From Acidobacteriota bacterium (GTDB taxonomy: Bacteria; Acidobacteriota; UBA890; WLXD01): a DNA stretch of 64,000 bases. Shown here in pieces: positions 62,521 through 64,000 of this stretch. A program made the translations under genes and the position numbers. A model generated the notes under the pieces. It saw nothing but the letters and a program-made list of their open reading frames with translations, had not been told where the DNA came from and ran no database searches. The stretch lies in assembly GCA_029263295.1 (NCBI GenBank), contig JAJCXT010000055.1, forward strand, positions 17,085 through 81,084. The letters are read 5' to 3'. Position 1 is the stretch's first letter, and each line of letters starts with the position of its first letter.

Positions 62521-64000
62521 ATGCGCTGGGCAATCGACCGTTTCGACAAGGAGGCGATGGAGGCCGCCCGCGGCGCCGTTTCCATCGACGAGCCGTGGCG
62601 CCTGCTGGAGCGGTTCGCGACGTTGGTTCGCGATAGCGGCAGCGAACACGAGCGCGATGCCGCCGAGTACATGCGCGAGCGTCTGGTCGATCTCGGCCTG
62701 CAACCCGAGGTCTATCTGCCCGACCTGTACATCAGCGTGCCGCGCAGCTGCGCCCTCGAAGTCATCGACCCCGAGCCGCTGGAGCTCGAGTGCAAGGTAC
62801 CCGCCTTCTCCCTCTCCACCGGGGACCACGCGGTAGAAGGCCAGGTGGTCGAGATTGCCACAGGCGCGATCAAGGACATGGCCGAGCTGTTCAAGTCCGA
62901 GGTGACCGGCGACCTCTCGCACGTGGCGGGCAAGGTCGTCCTGACCGACGGCTACGCCATGCCCAAGGTCGTAAGGCAGCTCGAGGAAGCGGGTGCGGCC
63001 GCGGCGATCTTCGTCAATCCCGGCAACTCCCATGAGGGAATTATCACCAACATCTGGGGAACACCTGGGATCGATGATCGGGACCGTATCCCCGAGATCG
63101 TGGTGCTCTGCGTACCGACGTCGGCCGGCGACGAACTGCGCCGCCGGCTCAGCCAGGGACACTGCACGGTGCGCATCGAAACCGAGTTGTTCGAGGGCTG
63201 GGCCCCCTGCCCGGTCGTGGTGGTCGACATTCCCGGCGCCACGGATGACTTCGTCCTGCTGCACGGCCACTACGACTCCTGGCATGAGGGCATCGGCGAC
63301 AACGCGGTCGGCGATGCGGCACTTCTCGAAGTGTCGCGTGTTCTCTGGGGCGTGCGCGACAAGCTGCACCGCGGCGTGCGCGTGGCTTGGTGGCCGGCGC
63401 ACTCCACCGGACGCTACGGCGGCTCCACCTGGTTCGCCGACGAGTTCGCCATGGAACTGCGCGACCACTGTGTGGCGCAGATCGACGTCGACTCCCCCGG
63501 CTGCAAGTGGGCCACCGAGTACACCCAGGTGATGTGGATGGCAGAGGCCGAGCAACTCGCGCGCGAGTCGATCCGTGCCGGTGCCGGCGCCGAGTCCAAG
63601 GGCATGCGGCCGCTGCGTGCCGGCGACTACTCCTTCAACCAGATCGGGCTCAGCAGCTTCTTCATGCTGCTGTCGAACATTCCGGAAGAAATCGCCAAGG
63701 AGAAGGGCTTTTACCCGGTCGGTGGCTGCGGCGGCAACAGCAACGCCTGGCACACGGAGGGCGACACGCTGGACGTGGCCGACGCAGACAACCTCCTGCG
63801 TGACATCCACGTGTACGTGGAAGCGGTGGTGCGGTTGGCCACCGCCCCCTTCCTGCCGTTCGACCACCGCGCCGCGGCACGGGAGATCGGCGAAGCGGCC
63901 GCGGAGTATGCGGAGGCATGCGAGGACGCCCTCGACATGAACCCGGTGCTGGAAGAGTGCGCGGCGCTGATCGCCGACCTCGACGAGTTCTACGACGCGG
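62521..64000 (+). CDS. 5' partial CDS: M28-family metallopeptidase with a PA domain, continuing past the window end
   Basis: My own translation from the ATG at 62521 is open to the window end. The PA-domain-like region is 'GKVVLTDGYAMPKVVRQLEEAGAAAAIFVNPG'. The M28 metal ligands are 'HGHYDSWHEGIGDNAVG' and 'QIDVDSPG'. It is absent from the ORF track because it is unterminated. Confidence 0.65.
   Translation, partial: MRWAIDRFDKEAMEAARGAVSIDEPWRLLERFATLVRDSGSEHERDAAEYMRERLVDLGLQPEVYLPDLYISVPRSCALEVIDPEPLELECKVPAFSLSTGDHAVEGQVVEIATGAIKDMAELFKSEVTGDLSHVAGKVVLTDGYAMPKVVRQLEEAGAAAAIFVNPGNSHEGIITNIWGTPGIDDRDRIPEIVVLCVPTSAGDELRRRLSQGHCTVRIETELFEGWAPCPVVVVDIPGATDDFVLLHGHYDSWHEGIGDNAVGDAALLEVSRVLWGVRDKLHRGVRVAWWPAHSTGRYGGSTWFADEFAMELRDHCVAQIDVDSPGCKWATEYTQVMWMAEAEQLARESIRAGAGAESKGMRPLRAGDYSFNQIGLSSFFMLLSNIPEEIAKEKGFYPVGGCGGNSNAWHTEGDTLDVADADNLLRDIHVYVEAVVRLATAPFLPFDHRAAAREIGEAAAEYAEACEDALDMNPVLEECAALIADLDEFYDA

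Noticed and set aside
62467-63867. 466-aa minus-strand ORF
   Set aside because: It is G/H/V/A-rich with no motifs. It lies exactly antisense to a well-supported plus-strand M28 peptidase gene, so it is a GC-rich shadow ORF.

Overview
This is a high-GC (roughly 68-70%) bacterial chromosomal segment with tightly packed genes. I could not recognise any rRNA, tRNA or CRISPR array by eye. The dominant content is six paralogous two-gene modules. Each module pairs a PadR-family transcription regulator with a large (~890-910 aa) 'duplicated orphan permease' of the MacB/FtsX superfamily, known as ADOP (acidobacterial duplicated orphan permease). Each permease carries an N-terminal cytoplasmic 'prefix' domain, then a MacB-like periplasmic domain plus four FtsX helices, duplicated. 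None has an ABC ATPase of its own. Modules 4-6 lie head-to-tail (30.2-39.7 kb). Modules 3, 4 and 6 are translationally coupled by GTGA stop/start overlaps. Every module is preceded by its own distinct AT-rich perfect or near-perfect palindrome, each a candidate PadR operator that stands out against the GC-rich background. Module 1 sits directly downstream of a Ser/Thr kinase fused to a periplasmic TolB-like beta-propeller. Other content includes a minus-strand Lol-like export operon: an MBL hydrolase, a LolA-like protein, two FtsX permeases, a LolD/MacB-type ATPase and an outer-membrane beta-barrel. Its promoter region is shared divergently with module 3. An NDP-hexose 2,3-dehydratase reads out of frame into a GT2 glycosyltransferase that has no usable start codon. 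The remaining genes are a secreted ComEA-like helix-hairpin-helix (HhH) repeat protein, a tricorn protease with a glycoside hydrolase (a paralogue lies elsewhere), an ArsR-AHSA1 pair, an amino-acid permease followed by a reductase-RidA fusion, DUF885, DUF3500 and DUF819 proteins, an ECF sigma / anti-sigma / Spy-like triad, HU, GST, HflX, a sodium:solute symporter, and a partial M28 peptidase running off the 3' end. The strongest candidate for an undescribed system is the regulator-permease expansion with paralogue-specific operators. It has recognisable families but no known function. All calls rest on manual motif recognition, not database searches.
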